Positions 38,331 through 52,487 of a stretch of 64,000 nucleotides of DNA are shown here, piece by piece. The DNA is from Takakia lepidozioides (lineage: Eukaryota > Plantae > Bryophyta): NCBI GenBank assembly GCA_030704615.1, contig CM060731.1, positions 81,778,001 through 81,842,000 of the forward strand, written 5' to 3'. The notes beneath the pieces are model-generated. The model had not been told where the DNA came from, did not search any database, and saw only the letters and a program-made list of their open reading frames with translations. A program made the translations under genes and the position numbers. Positions within the stretch are counted from its first letter, which is position 1. Each line of letters opens with the position of its first letter.

Positions 38331-40839
38331 ATGGCAGGATTGAATCAGGCACAGTTGTCTATATCAGGCTTCCCCACCATGACCACTGCTGTTGAAAGAG
38401 GACCAGTAGATGGAGTCAACAAGGACTCTGCTAGCAATAGTGGGGTTATGAGGACCCTATGTAAGGCAGGACAAATCAAAGAGGCACTGCACTTTTTAAA
38501 CCAACAAGGTATTTCAGCAGACTCCAATACTTATGTTGTTCTCTTGAAGGAGTGCATCAAAATTAAAGACCTGGAAGCAGGAAGGCGGGTGCATGCCCAC
38601 CTTATCGAAAGTGGACTCCAGCCAAACATATTTCTATGCAAGACACTTGTCAACATGCATGCCAAGTGCGGTAGTGTTATGGATGCCCGCGAGGTGTTTG
38701 ACAAAATGCCCAACCGAGATGTGTTTACATGGACTATGATTATGGCGGTCAGCATGGGCAGGGTCAGGAGGCTTTGGAGATCTATGAGAAAATGATAGAA
38801 GAGGGGGCCCCCACCAGGGTCACATTCATTTGTGCTCTCAAAGCATGTGCCAGTGTAGGGGCCCTGGAAAAGGGCAAAGAGGTCCATGCTGACATCATCA
38901 AGAGTGGAATTGCACCGTATATTAATTTAAATAATACCCTTGTTAGCATGTATGCCAAATGCGGGAGCATGAAGGATGCACGTCAAGTGTTTGACACCAT
39001 GGTTGAACGAGATATGGTCTCATGGAATGCAATGATTGCAGGATATGGTCAGCAAAGATGTGGTACAGAGGCTTTTGAGATGTACGAGCAAGTGAAGTGG
39101 GAAGGGATGTCGCCTGACATTTTTGTGCATACTGAGTGCGTGTGCCAGCTTGGCAGTCATTGAAATGGGCAGAAAGGTCCATGCCGACATAATCAAAGCT
39201 GGAATTGTGCCAAACATTAATTTGGAGAATACCCTTGTCAACATGTACGCCAAATGCGGGAGCATGAATGATGCGCGTCAAGTGTTCGACAATATGGCTG
39301 AAAGAAGTGTGGTGTCATGGAGCGCGATGATCACAGGTTATGCTCAGCAGGGTTGTGGGAGGGAGGCTTTGGAGGTGTATGAGCAAATGCAACAGCAAGG
39401 GGTGCTACCCGACAGGGTCACGTTTACTGGCGTTCTCAATGCTTGTGCCAGCTTTACAGCCCTGGAGAAGGGCAAAGAGGTACATGGTGACATCATTAAA
39501 GCTGGCATTGTGTCATAAATTAACTTGGAGAATGCCCTTGTTGACATGTATGCCAAATGCAGGAGCATGAAGGATGCACATCGAGTGTTTGACAGTATGG
39601 GTCAACATGATGTGGTCTCATGGAACACCACGATTACAGGATATGCTCAGCATGGGTGTGGTAGGGAGGCTTTGGAGCTCTATGAGCAAATGATACAGGA
39701 TGGAGTGACGCCTGACAAGTTCACGTTCACATGTGTGCTCAATGCCTGTGCCAGCCTGACAGCCCTGGAAAAGGGCATTGAAGTTCTTGCTGACATCAAA
39801 AAAAATCTGGAATTGTGCCAAATGTCGTTGTCGAGACTGCACTAGTCAACATGTACGCCAAATGCGGGAGGATGAAGAATGCACGGCAAGTGTTTGACAA
39901 TATGCCTCAAAGGAATGTGGTCTCATGGAGTACAATCATGGCAGGATATGGTCAGCATGGCTGTGGTAGGGAGGCCCTCCAACTATTTGTAAAAATGCAA
40001 CAGCTTCACTTGAAGCCAGTTGGTGTCACCTTTATATCTCTTCTCTCTGCATGTAGTCATGCAGGCCTACTGGATGAAGGCCGTCATTACTTTCATTCCA
40101 TGCATCAAGATTATTGCGTCACTGCCACAGTGGAGCATTTTGGCTGCATGGTGGACCTGCTTGGTCGCGCAGGGAGATTGGAGGAGGCAGAGGACTTCAT
40201 TAACAAAATGCCAATCCAACCAAGTGCTTTGGTGTGGGGGGCCTTGCTTGGTGCCTGCAGAACTCATGGAAATGTGAAGCTAGCAGAACATGCTGCAAAA
40301 TGCCTTCTCAAGTGTGATCCACAGCATGCTCCGCATATGTGCTGCTATCGAACCTATATGCTGCGGCTGGCAGGTGGGATGATCAAGCAAAGGTGAGAAA
40401 AGTGATGGAGGACAGGTGTGTTAGAAAGGAACAAGGGCGCTGCTTCATTGAGATTGGCAAACAGGTGCATACATTTGTTGTAGAAGACAAATTCCATCCC
40501 CAAATCAAAGAAGTCCATGCCGAGTTGAACAGATTGTCTGGGCCGATGAAGGAAGCCGGGTATGTTCCTGACACACGCTTTGTATTGCATGATGTGGAGG
40601 AGGAGATGAAGGAATTTTCTCTTTGCCACCATGGTGAGAAGCTTGCCATTGCTTTTGGGCTCATCAGCACCCCCCCTGGCATGACTCTCCGCATCACTAA
40701 GAACCTTCGGGTATGCGGTGACTGCCACACTGCCACCAAGTATATCTCCAAGATTGTTGGCCGAGCTCTTATTGTCCGAGATGCTAACCGGTTTCATCAC
40801 TTCCAAGATGGTGTTTGTTCTTGTGGGGATTATTGGTGA
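38331..40839 (+). pseudogene. PLS-class PPR protein with E and DYW deaminase domains (organellar C-to-U editing factor type), disrupted
   Basis: Repeated LVxMYAKCG/VVSW motifs, E domain, [21 protein letters not shown] end. Frameshifts near 38745, 39120, 39800 and 40330, plus TAA at 39516. Confidence 0.9.
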
Positions 40840-41479
40840 AATGACGATGTTGAAAGCTTGTCAAACGTAAGGTCTGAAGTAATCATTATTTGCAAAAGGT
40901 GTTGGAGTGCGATTCTACTGATGTCTCAGAAAACTTTATTGCAGAGGACTAGTGGGCAGACGGGGAACCCTGAGACTACAGGAGCTAAAACTATGGCCTT
41001 AAATAGGTCAAGCAAGCATATCTTCATGAGATAGAGGAAGACCATGCACCCCTAGATTGTTTTTCTATGGAAAATGCGGAATTGGCTAGCATCTCAATAT
41101 ATATTGACTCCTATTCATAATACTTGCAATATGAACTGGAGAAGATTCCAAATTGATCAGTGTTGTTTTTCCAATCCTCATAAGAGAGCTGATGAGCTCA
41201 CCTCACAATTGTTAGTCACTCTGAAAGCATATAGTGGTTACTTGATTCCCCCCACCAGTTACCCACTAGAGAGGTCCGGGACACTGGAGTGAGCCTGTAC
41301 TGTTCAGCTTCCTCCATGCTACATGCCCATATCAGCTATGTTTGCGCTCCATGTGTTTATGCTGGTAACTCCTTTAATTTGCAAAACAGCAGAATCTGAG
41401 TATGCTCAGCAAGGAGCTGTAGAGATGCATGGTAGTCAGTCTTTCACATAGCCAACTACATTGTGGTTACCGTGTAATG

Positions 41480-42390
41480 GAGATTGATGTAGGTCCGGTT
41501 GCAGGCTTTCCCATCTGCCAGTCTCTATCCGTAGATTGTGGGTGAACCGCCCCAATGCCCTCAGGAGGGAAGGAGATAAAGGCGCCGAAAGGTAATTGGG
41601 CCGCAAGATTTTATCATCACGGAGAACCAAGAATGTCTCTCGATAGAAATGGAGTTTTGTTGTGAGATTGGGTAGCTTCCAAGTTCTCCTGACATGTAGT
41701 TAGATAAGTTCGTTTCTAATGAGTCTGTTGCGATCCTGTTTGGATGTGATTTCCACCCCTTCTCGATTCTCTGGTAATAGCGAAGCAATAGAGAGTCCAT
41801 TGCGCTAAAAAAAACTGCACACTCGAGCATACCAGGAGTGCTTGAAACCTGCTGTTTTGAGCCTAATGGATGTTGCGAGGGCTCTTGCCACAAGCCCCTT
41901 GGGAGGGAGGGCTTGTAACCTCTTAAGAAAGATTGTAAGCCGGAAGAGGGCCTCGGTTTGAAGTGGCACGCATGCAAACTCTGCACATAGGATGTGAGAT
42001 GGAGTTGTGCCTCTGGCGCCAAGCATTGCTTGGAGAAAAGATGACTGCAATGGTTCCAGATTTTTTCCCACCAGGAAACTGGGACACCAGGTGCCCAGAA
42101 CTCACAACCATACGTGGCGGCTGGGGTGACAAGTGACAACGCTGTCAAATAGCGACTTTTTGGTTGGGGGGTGGCGCAGATGTATCTGTTTCCATTTGGC
42201 CTGAAGGCGGATGGCGGCCGCCTTGCCCTTTGTCAATCTGTCCAGGGCAGTTGATGCAAACTGGAATTTGGGAGAGTGACCCAGGTATTGGTATGACTTG
42301 ACAATCTCAACTTCCTGTTGGTTGAAGATGAATTTGTGGTCCGCCTGGCCATTGAAAACCATGATCTTAGTTTTGGATTGACTAAGATTG
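41480..42390 (-). mobile_element. Degraded LINE, RT C-terminal region (second family)
   Basis: [47 protein letters not shown]. Confidence 0.8.
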
Positions 42391-42829
42391 TTAAGAGAGA
42401 AACTTTTTAACGTCCACAGAGAGCTCAAAGAGCTTAGGGGACAAAACAAAGCAGGAGACAAGAAAGAATGTGGGGCCCTCAACAAGCACCCCAAAACAAG
42501 AAAAGGGGGAATTTCATATATTCCATCTCCAGGGGGGAAAGAGAGGGAGAGGATGAACTCTATGGAAACCCTACACTTGCATTCTCTCAATAATAATGGG
42601 AAAGTAGGAGGTGCTAAAGATCTTGGTGTTTTCATGCAGGTCAAGCTATGAGTCAAGGCCGTCTCTGGGAGCTGTTCTCAGATCCTTCACAGTGGTGGGA
42701 CAACAGGTTTCACAAGGTGAGGCTATCTTCATTCAGGAATTTCAAATAGTCTGTCAAGGAGGACTTTGACCAAAGCTGGACGAGATTGTTGTGCATTGTA
42801 TTGTATCTGCAGTTGCTTAAATACCAAAC

Positions 42830-44346
42830 CCCAGATTCAGGGTGGTGGTCACTATCGTCACATTGTGCTCCCGCATTCGCACAGAGAAGGTGGCAGTGCC
42901 ACCCCCCAAGTCCAGCCCAATGCGAATCCCCCCATTCTTCATCTCCACCACCTCCTTTATGCTGAAATCCAAATCCCGAAGAGCAGCACCCTCCACCCAC
43001 CGAGATTTCTCACGACCCTCCAGGTCGAAGCAATCCTTGCAATCCGCATAAGGTCGGGTACGATTATTGAGGCACTTGAAGCTCTTGCACTTGTACGCCG
43101 ACCAGTGGATGTTGTCGTCTGGAGGCACCGTCCACGTTGATTTCGGAAATGGAAATGGCTCCGTTGCATTCGCCGGCCCTCTTGCAAAGCACCTGGTATT
43201 TCGGCGTCCCTGTTTAGCAGGTGTGCTCCCACACGCACTCTGACTATCAGGCTGCGGGCCACGCTACTTCCTGTCTTGTATTAGATTACTTTGGATCCAA
43301 GAACAGATCTAGAGAGTGCACGAATGCACCAACTGGGTTTTGATCTGTTGATGAAGGACAATGGAAACATGCAGAAGAGAGTCTAAGATCTATCGTAAGC
43401 AAAAGCGTCTGATTACTGATAACAAAAGTCACAGCAGGAGAGGCTGGAAGGCTTGGGTACTAATGCAGGTGCTCAGCTGAGATTCTACAAACAACCGTGC
43501 ATCTGGCGGATCACAATATGGAGGAGATTCAAAATTACCTGCTTGGAATGTGTCGCATTAGGATCTCGAGTTCAATCTAGTATATTCAAATTGAACAATT
43601 AGATGTGGAACCGTGATCATAATACTGGCTGCTTCGCTGATTCCACAGTCTGCTTTGAACAAACTTGAACTGGTTCTAAAGAAGGGCGTGAGAGAGAGAA
43701 TCTGAAATTTACAATGCAGGTTACCAACAAAAGATCTCACGGCAGAGGGCTCAAGGACCAAGTGAGTTACTGACCTGCGGCGAGGAAGAGGCTCACATCC
43801 CTTTAGCAACAGCCGTTGTGCGATGTTGTCGTCGTCTGGGCAAACTCCACCGACCTGGTAATCCATGAACTTGTCCAGATCTTTCTTGTTGGCCAAGCAG
43901 GCATGGCCTACGCTAGACAGCATCGTGTCGATGCCAAGAGTAATGCTCCTACCCAAAGGATGCTTTCGTTCAGTTACAAATTCTTGAAGCTCACGTCCAA
44001 GTTCCATTGTCATTTGTGCCGGTTGAGAAACCTGTTTATGGTGTTCCAAAGAATGCTTCAAGTCTTTTCTAACGCTCCGTAGCTCTCTGTACGCCGCCTG
44101 CAATTCCTCCTGCGTGGAGTTCAATTGGGCAGCCAACGCTTCCTCTGAGCTCTGGAGGGCGCCATGGACTTGGGAGTCGTGATCAGAGAAGCCTCGAAGA
44201 ATTCCGTCGAATGTTTTTGCCCGAGTCAGGCCCTGAAATGCATAGATTGCTAGAATGTTCAAGGCCGCTATCACGAGTAGCAAGCAGAGCTTTTGTCGGA
44301 ACTCTTTGCTCTTAAGTAGTGCCTTCGACAATGCCTCAAACATCAT
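42830..44346 (-). pseudogene. Type II membrane SAM-dependent methyltransferase (Methyltransf_29 family), 3'-truncated; exons 44346-43775 and 43192-~42830
   Basis: N-terminal TM and coiled coil, GCEPLPRRR|CF, WSAYKCK, IRIGLDLGGGTATF. The expected continuation after TTTLNLG was not found in the window. Confidence 0.8.
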
Positions 44347-45916
44347 TTTCGAGATCTTTCAACTTTCGAAGGATTTGTCTAAATCTATCAAGTATGTGAG
44401 CTATGTCGCTAACTAAATCTTGTCTGCGATCCCTACTGAGTGAAGACATCCAGGGCTGTTTTCCTTCTCTATTCTGAACCTGTATATGAATTATCTCATT
44501 CTGAACTCCGCGTTCCCATTTCTACACTAATCCGTGTACAAACTAAAGGGAGCTTCTCAACCAGCAGGATACCCATCTTGAAGCACAGCGAACCGGCCCA
44601 TCGGTGAGAGACCCCCAAGTCCACTCAAGTACAGTGTGTAGTCCTGGACCCTGCACGAAGCAGGAGTTGGGAACAGGGCATGGAAGTCATTACTTAACAT
44701 ATTCAACCACTTTCACCGCTCAAGCCCTCCCCAAAGCAACCTTGAAAGAGGGAGATGTGAACAACGTGGGAGAGCACGTTGTGGGGGATGAAAACTTGGC
44801 ATTCTATTGTGCAGACTGCAGACATGATACAGACTCACATTCCACCCACAAGTAGCCTAGAGAACGCTTTGCAGGGGAGGGCTAGAGGGCTACTCAACAA
44901 AAGACCCAGTTCGGGGTGACGAATTACCTGCCTGGGGACTATTCCATCATGTTTGGGAAAACATAACGCAATGTAGTTACACGTAAGTCAGCTCTGGCGG
45001 GTGATGACGAGACTGCCAACATTGAAAACCCTCAATTTTGTGAACGAGATCCGTGACCCAACACGTTTCGCTTGCAAATGCGGTGTGGGCAGTGTTGTAT
45101 CCTAAGGGGAGGTTGCCAGAGAGATTGTCCGAGGGCACCCACGAGCTATGGATGGGAGGGGGGTGTTGTTGACAGCGGTGACAATTCTTGGATCGCTACT
45201 GCGCGTATCAGGGCAATGTAAGTTTCCTCTCTCACTCTTTTGAGTTTGCAGACGTGCACAGAAAATCGACGCTTTCAGGTGGAACTGGTTGCTTCTCTAA
45301 CTAGAAACCCCCGAGGTAGTCACAAGTGAAATGTGGTTTATGGAGCTCACAGCGTGGAAACTTGGGATTGCTTTGTACCTGCCTAGTCAAAATTGAGAGA
45401 GAATTCACAGCAGAAGTGCGGAGATCTGTGCATACCTCTCTGCATAGCCTGCATGCAGTTTAATGGGGATGTGCACTTTCAACTCTACCTTTCACTGTTT
45501 GGTAGCCATAGTACCTGTGCCAAGTCGCAGAAAGAAGGTGACACAATAGGGAAGGATCATGGGGCTCACTACAATAGCTGAAGTCCACATTTAAGGCTGG
45601 AATACCTTGATGAATTAGTCTGGCCCTCACCGCCGGACACCAGTTGAGAAAAAGACAGACAGATTATTTTGGAGAAGAGAATGAAAAGTCTGTCTGATTG
45701 GTGTAGCTAAGGGATGGGGCATCCACTGCAGCGTGCGGTTGGATAGAGACATGTCAAACCAGGTTTGCCGGTAGCTGTGGAAGCGGACAAGTAGTGGTGG
45801 ACGCATCTCATGATTGCCAGGGCCTTTGCACCGAACCTGAGTACCCAGCCTGCCTCCCGTTCTTCACTTGCTTCAGATGTTGCATTGAAGGTCTCTCTCT
45901 CTCTCTCTCTCTCTCT

Positions 45917-46110
45917 CAGCAGATTGATGCTTGTGTGAAGGGATTTCTAGAGGATATCTGGAAAACTCGGATCAATTGTCTGTTTCAAGGTAAGTCATAC
46001 TACCGACGTCAGCCTCTGACAAAGGTAGTTTCTGTCCCTTTGTGTTCCGCTCAAACTGGGGGAGGGGTCAATGGCCACAAGGCTACGGCAAACAACATCT
46101 TATGAGTACA
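45917..46110 (+). mobile_element. 5'-truncated LINE 3' end in a (TC)n tract
   Basis: Matches 35588-35780; (TC)n on both sides. Confidence 0.9.
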
Positions 46111-47260
46111 TTCTCTCTCTCTCTGTTCCGCCCAAACTGGGCGCGGGGTCTATGCCCACAAGGTTACAGTTAGGTATCTCCCTCTGTGTGGAACTTTCCG
46201 CGGATGTTATAATGTGTCATTTAATTTTTCTCTCTCTGCAGGTGGAACTTCTGTTGATTTCCATCTTCTATCTGTTGACTGTTTCTTCCCATCAATCAAG
46301 ATGGAAAATGGACCGGCATCTCACTGTAGACTTTGTGTAGACCTGTTCCGGGCGAAGTAGGGTTGATGCAGAAGCCTTCTCATCCACTCTCCAGTTTTGG
46401 TGCCAAGTCTCGTATATCCTGATGGGCTGAAACCCCATCCTGCTATTAGAGGGTACCCTCGAGTATATCATAGCCAGCATTCACATAGACCAGTCTTTAA
46501 GTACGTTATCTGGAGTCCTGTCTCTTTACCCTCTCTTAGGGTTGCAAGGACCCTCATCTAGTGGACATGTGGGCCAATCAAATCACATGCAATGGCATCA
46601 AATGCAAAACATCCAAACACTAGGCTCATCCAAGTACATTGTGATGATCACACAAAACATCCTGCGTTTGGCATAAGCCAGCCGCTTTTTATATTAAGGA
46701 ATGGGCTAATATGGAATGGCAAATGGTGGCCTCTTATTGGCTGCCAGGATTTCCTTAAGCCTTCTCCCACACATCAGCAGCCACCCTGTCAGATTAGGTT
46801 ACTGTTGGAATGAGACAAGGGCCTTGGCTAATAGTAGGCACATTTAATCAGCTATATACCAACCGCCTTGCTTTTCATCCAGCCTACAGAAGAGCATCTG
46901 TAAGGCAAGGGCAGGTAATGAATGCATTAGGTTTTCTAAGAAAGTCGAGATTGGGAGCGAGTGGGTTTGCTGCGGGGATTGTTCTCAGCCACAATTAACC
47001 GACCAAGCTACTAAGGCAGGCTATTGTGAGACCGGCGCTAGCCTGTACTTTCAGTCAAAGCCACGAGGTAATCTCTCTCTCTCTTTCTCTAAGTTTCTAT
47101 TATAATGAATAGCATAGACCAAGGCTGGTACTAATCTTAATACCTTGCACAACTGGTCAAAACCTGAAGAAATTCCCCAAGCCCTCTCCATTTTACTGCC
47201 CCCTTCTGCTCTATCCTACCCCATGGACAGGTTTTTGGCTACAATGATATGGCAATAATC

Positions 47261-49770
47261 CTGCGGTAGAGCTGTTAATTGGTGGACCGATGAGATTAAA
47301 CTCAAGATAGCTGAGAGACGAGTCCTTTATAAAGAGTGCTGCAGTTTGAAAACCAACAAAGAATTGTGGGCGAGGTACTACCAGATCCGTAAAGATATCA
47401 ATCAGCTTGTAAGGGCTCAGAAGAAATTATACTGGGACAAGTTATACAGTGAAATAAACTCAAACCACCATGGTGGTAATGACAAGAAATTCTGGTTGGC
47501 CCTTCAACGTTTGTACAAGCCGAAAAGCTGTCAGCAAGTACAAGCGCTGAAGACTACTAAGGGTGCAGTGGTAACTTCATCGGTTGACATTGTCAAAACC
47601 TTTGAAACCCACTACAGTATCCTTGGCAGAACTTCTAGGTCTAACAGTGAGGGGTCCTCTGATGAATGGAAGGACACAGTTGGTAAAACTGTTCCTATGA
47701 TTTGAAACAGCCCTGATGAACTGGAGTATATTTCAAAAACCTACAACGCTCCCATTAGTTCTTATGAGATTGTGGAAGCAATTGAACATCTAAATGGATA
47801 TAAAGCAGGTGGTCCTGATGGCATAGTCAACGAGCTTATCAAGCACGGTGGCGATCCCATGATAGAGGCCCTAGTTCTCCTCTTTAACCTTATCTGGAAG
47901 ACTGAAATGATCCCCTTTCGCCGGCGACAGGGGGTCATGCCACGATAGTTCCCCGGGTCTTCTCTGTCACCCTTCTTATATAGATTGACAGCTTCTCAAT
48001 GCTGTTGGCAAGATATTTTGCAGAGTTATAAGTACTCGTCTCGAGGTTGATCTCGAATCTAGAGGTTGTTTCCACGAAGGCCAAGCTGGCTTTCGGCGAA
48101 ACAGGGGCTGTGTGGACCATATCTTCACTCTAAGCCAGATTATCCAGGGAAGGAAAAAAGAAGGGAAACCCACTTATGTTTTTTTCTTGGATGTCAAAAA
48201 GGCTTATGAGACAGTGTGGAGAGATGGTCTATGGCTCCGCCTCTGGTCTTGCGGAATCAAGGGAAAAATGTGGAGGGTTGTCCATAACTTGTATGCTCAC
48301 ACCAAAAGTTGTGTCACTGTTAATGGACAGAAGTCTAACTTCTTTGACATAGACCAAGGTGTAGCTCAAGGATGTACCCTCTCCCCTCTGCTCTTCAATG
48401 TTTTCATCAATCAACTCCTCGAGGATGTGGAACGTGAGGGATTTGGGTTAAGGGTGGGTGATGCCACCATTCCAGCCCTTATGTTTGCGGATGACTTCGC
48501 AAGCATAGGGGAGACTCCTTCCAACCTCCAGGAATCGATTGATTGCGCGAAGAGATACTTTGATCTTTGGGGGCTAGAGTCTAATGTCAGTAAATGTGCA
48601 GTGGTGGCATTCAACGACAGAGGAGAGGGAGGAAGTGATCTTAAATGGCAGTGGGGTAGCCAAGAGATTCCAGTCCTCTCTTCCTACACATACCTGGGCG
48701 TTGAGTTTTCCTCCAACTGTAACTGGGATGCACATATCCAGAAAGTTGTTCAAACTGGCAAGGGCAAAGTGCTGAGTCTCACTAAATTTTTACACTGCAG
48801 AGGGATTGACTCTGAGGTCAAGAAAACCTTGCTTTGCCGCGTTATTAGACCTGCCTTGGAGTACGGATCTGCCATATGGGTTGATAACTCCAACCAGGCT
48901 AAGTCTCTAGAATCCATTCAAGTGGGGGTGCTTAAGGAGGGTATGTCAGCATGCTCCAAAACAGCCAATGTGGCTGTTCGGGGTGAGTTTGGCATCCCTT
49001 CCTTAAGCTCCCGACGAGATGAATTCAAGGTCAGATGGTGGGGTCAGTTGCAACACATGTCCAACACCAGATACCCTAAGTTAATCAACTCTATATCTGG
49101 AAACAGGACCTCCCTGTCAAACAGGCTAAGTCCTGGCAGAAGAGAGTAGAAGAGATTCTCAAGGATCTGAATCTGGACCCGCAAGTCTTGACCTTGCTGG
49201 ATAAATCTGACTTAGAGACTGTAGTGTCCAGCTATACTTAGACTCTGCAGCGTTGGTCGAGCGGCTAGCGTAAGCCACTACGAACTCTTTTCCCTCATCA
49301 TCCACCTGTTTCCAGTCTGTGACATGGGGGAGGATATCATGGATGACCTCAAGGGTCTACCCACTCTCGGCACCAGACTGAAATTTAAACTCAGGGCAGG
49401 AAGCCTACCTTTGAACAGTAAACAGAAGCAGAGAGGAAAGGGAGAGTGCAATTGCCCGTTGTGTGGGCAACCCGAAGACAATATTCATTTTCTGATTCAC
49501 TGTCCGGGGTACTCTCACCAGACAGAAGCTCTCCTCCAATCTAGCAAGAGAATTGTGGCTGTACCTCTGTTTACCAACTTTGAAAGTCGAGGCTGAGCCA
49601 AAAGCCCAGGCCCTTCTGAGGCCTAGTTTTTGGGCAAATCACACACAGCAGATTGATGCCTGTGTGAAGGGATTTCTAGAGGATATCTGGAAAACCCGAA
49701 TCAATTCTTTGTATAAAGGTAAGTCTTACTACCAATGTCAGCCCCTGACAGAGGTAGGTTCTGTCCCTTT
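47261..49770 (+). mobile_element. 5'-truncated LINE copy (RT plus CCHC) with an internal inversion and filler DNA
   Basis: Colinear with 33262-35710; RT ORF 48112-49149; CPLCGQPEDNIHFLIHCP. Confidence 0.92.
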
Positions 49771-50176
49771 GGTTTCGCGCCCAGTTTATATTACGGTAGT
49801 ACTACTGGGCCACAAAGGTAGTGTATGTTCCCTTTTGTTCCGCTCAAATGGCCACAAGACTACAGTACATTCTCTCGCTGTATGTGCGGTTTCTCTTTCT
49901 CTCTAAGTCCTCAATAGTGTAAAGGTTGCCAAATTAACAAGTGAAACGTTTTGTAACAGAGGTCTTCAAATGGATCCCGGGCGATTGGTCGGAGTGCACT
50001 GTCAGTTGTGGGGGAGGGTCCCGAAGGCGGACGGTGAGATGTCTCGAGTATCTGGAGTTTACATACAAGATTGCTTCACCCATGCATGTGCATGACAGCA
50101 AATGCCTGGCCTCCACAATGGTGTGTGTGTGTGTCTCTCTCTCTCTGTCCCTCTCTCTCTCTCTCTCTCCATTCAA

Positions 50177-51620
50177 TGGCCACAAGGCTACGGCAAACAA
50201 TGTCTTATGAGTACAATCTCTCCATTCAAGTGGGGGTGCTTAAGGATTGCATGTCAGCATGCTCCAAAACAGCCAATGTGGCTGTTCGGGGTGAGTTTGG
50301 CATCCCTTCCTTAAGCACCGACGGAATGAAATGAAGGTCAGATGGTGGGGTCAGCTGCAACATATGCCCCAACACCAGATATCCTAAGTTAATCGACCTT
50401 GGAAACAGGACCGCCCTGTCAAACAGGCTAAGTCCTGGCAGAAGAGAGTAGAAGAGATTCTCAAGGATCTGAATCTGAATCCGCAAGTCTTGACCCTGCT
50501 GGACAAATCTGACTTAAAGGCTGTAGTGTCCAAAGCCATGTCTGTTGCCAGGAAATTGTCTGATGAAAATGAAGCTAAGCAGAAAACTTCCCTGAACTTG
50601 TTTCCAGTCTGTGACATGGGGGAGGACATCATGGATGACCTCAAGGGTCTACCCACTCTCGGCACTAGACTGAAATTTAAACTCAGGGCGAGAAGCATAC
50701 CTTTCAACAGCAAACAGAAGCAGAGAGGAAAGGGAGAGTGCAATTGCCCGTTGTGTGGGCAACTCATGTCCTGATTCACTGTCCGGGGTTCTCTCACCAG
50801 AGAGACCTCTCCTCAAATCTATCAAGGGAATTGTGCCTGTACCTCTGTTTACCAACTTTGTTAGTCTCGAGGCTGAACCAAAAGCCCAGGCCCTTCTGGG
50901 GCCTAGTTATTGGGCAGACCACACACAGCAGATTGATGCTTGTGTGAAGGGATTTCTAGAGGATATCTGGAAAACCCGTTTATATCAAGGTAAGTCTTAC
51001 TACCGACGTCAGCCCCTGACAGAGGTAGGTTCTGTCCCTTTGTGTTCCGCTCAAACTGGGCGTGGGGTCAATGGCCACAAGGCTACGGCAAACAACGTCT
51101 TATGAGTACATTCTCTCTCTCTCTCTAACCGGATGATTTCAAGGACCTACTTACCCTTGGCACTCCACTGAAATTTAAACTCTGGACGGGAAGCCTACCT
51201 TTGATCAATAAACAGATGCAGAGAGGCAGAGGAGATTGTAATTGCCTGATGTGCGGGCAACCTGAAGACAATATCCATTTTCTGATACATTGTCCGAGAT
51301 ATTCTCACCAGAGAGTGACCCTCTTCAGGACGATCAAGAACATTGTCCTGGCACCTCTGTTCACCAACTTACAAAATCTTGAGGCTGAGGCTAAAGCCCT
51401 GGCCCTGTTGGGGTCTAACTTTCGAGCTGCTCACACACAGCAGATTGATGCTTGGGTGAAGGGCTTTCAAAAGGATATCTGGAAAGCCCGAACGAATTGT
51501 TTATAACATGGTAAGTCACACTACCAGAGTGAACGCCTCGCAAAGGTAGTTTCTGGTCCCTTTTGTTCCGCGCAAACTGGGCACGTGATCTATGGCCACA
51601 AACGACGTCTGGTGAGTACA
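50177..51620 (+). mobile_element. Stack of three head-to-tail 5'-truncated LINE copies (50177-50216, ~50221-51110, ~51132-51620)
   Basis: Each ends in TGAGTACA(A/T) followed by TCTCTC. The first has a 13-bp TSD TCTCTCCATTCAA. Confidence 0.9.
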
Positions 51621-52373
51621 TTCTCTCTCTCCAACCAGGGCCTTCGGGGTCCTCTATGGATGCTTTGAAGTTTTGTTCTTTCTTTCTTTCTCCCTCTCCT
51701 TGCCATTTTCGCACTGCAGTGATTTGTAGAACAACCTTCCACATGTCACATTTGTCAGATCTGTATATGCCCCACCTGTCAAGCCAGTGACAAGGACAAA
51801 ATGGCTGCACGTGATTTTGTCAGTGGCCAGGGTACTTTGTAAAGTGCCACAAGGCGAGGATCACGATAGTCACTGTTACTAGCACCAGGAAAGAACAGAC
51901 TTATTATGGCATTTCCCTCTGTTCTTTCCTTTTCTGTTTTATCCTTTCTAGTATTTACTGTTTGATCCTGTTGGATCACAGCCGGCTAGGGAAGAGAGCT
52001 GTAACAGTGGACACTGCCCTGGCACTACGAGACATCCTAAGCACAATCACCAACTGATGCCAGTGTGGGCAATATTGCTGCTCAGTTTTGCAAGTATGGC
52101 GGGTGCAGGAGGACTAGCCTTCAGTGGCTACGTGTACTAAAAACGGTTAGACCTCTCTATCGATGACATCTTTCTTCTACATGAGGCTCTCCATAGGGAG
52201 TTCCTCAGTTGGATTTTTGGTTTTCTGGTTTTCGTGACTGGTTGTTGGGCACTTTTGTTGTTTCTACTTTCCTCTGGTGCATAAAATATTTGAGCTTCCT
52301 TATTATGTTTCTTTTAATTTCTCTCTGTCATGGGCCTTTGGTCCTCAATGGACGTTCTCTCTCTCTCTCTCTC

Positions 52374-52487
52374 TACTACCGGCATCAGCCCCTGACAAAG
52401 GTAGTTTTTGTCCCATTGTGTTCCGCTCAAACTGGGCTCGGGGTCAGTGGCCACAAGGCTACGGCAAACAACATCTTATGAGTACAT
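52374..52487 (+). mobile_element. 5'-truncated LINE 3' end after (TC)n
   Basis: tactacc...cagcccctgaca...ggccacaaggctacggcaaacaacatcttatgagtaca. Confidence 0.88.

Noticed and set aside
49960-50120. TSP1 exon as animal contamination or recent horizontal transfer
   Set aside because: It splices in phase to flanking exons of a multi-exon gene embedded among plant genes and local repeats.
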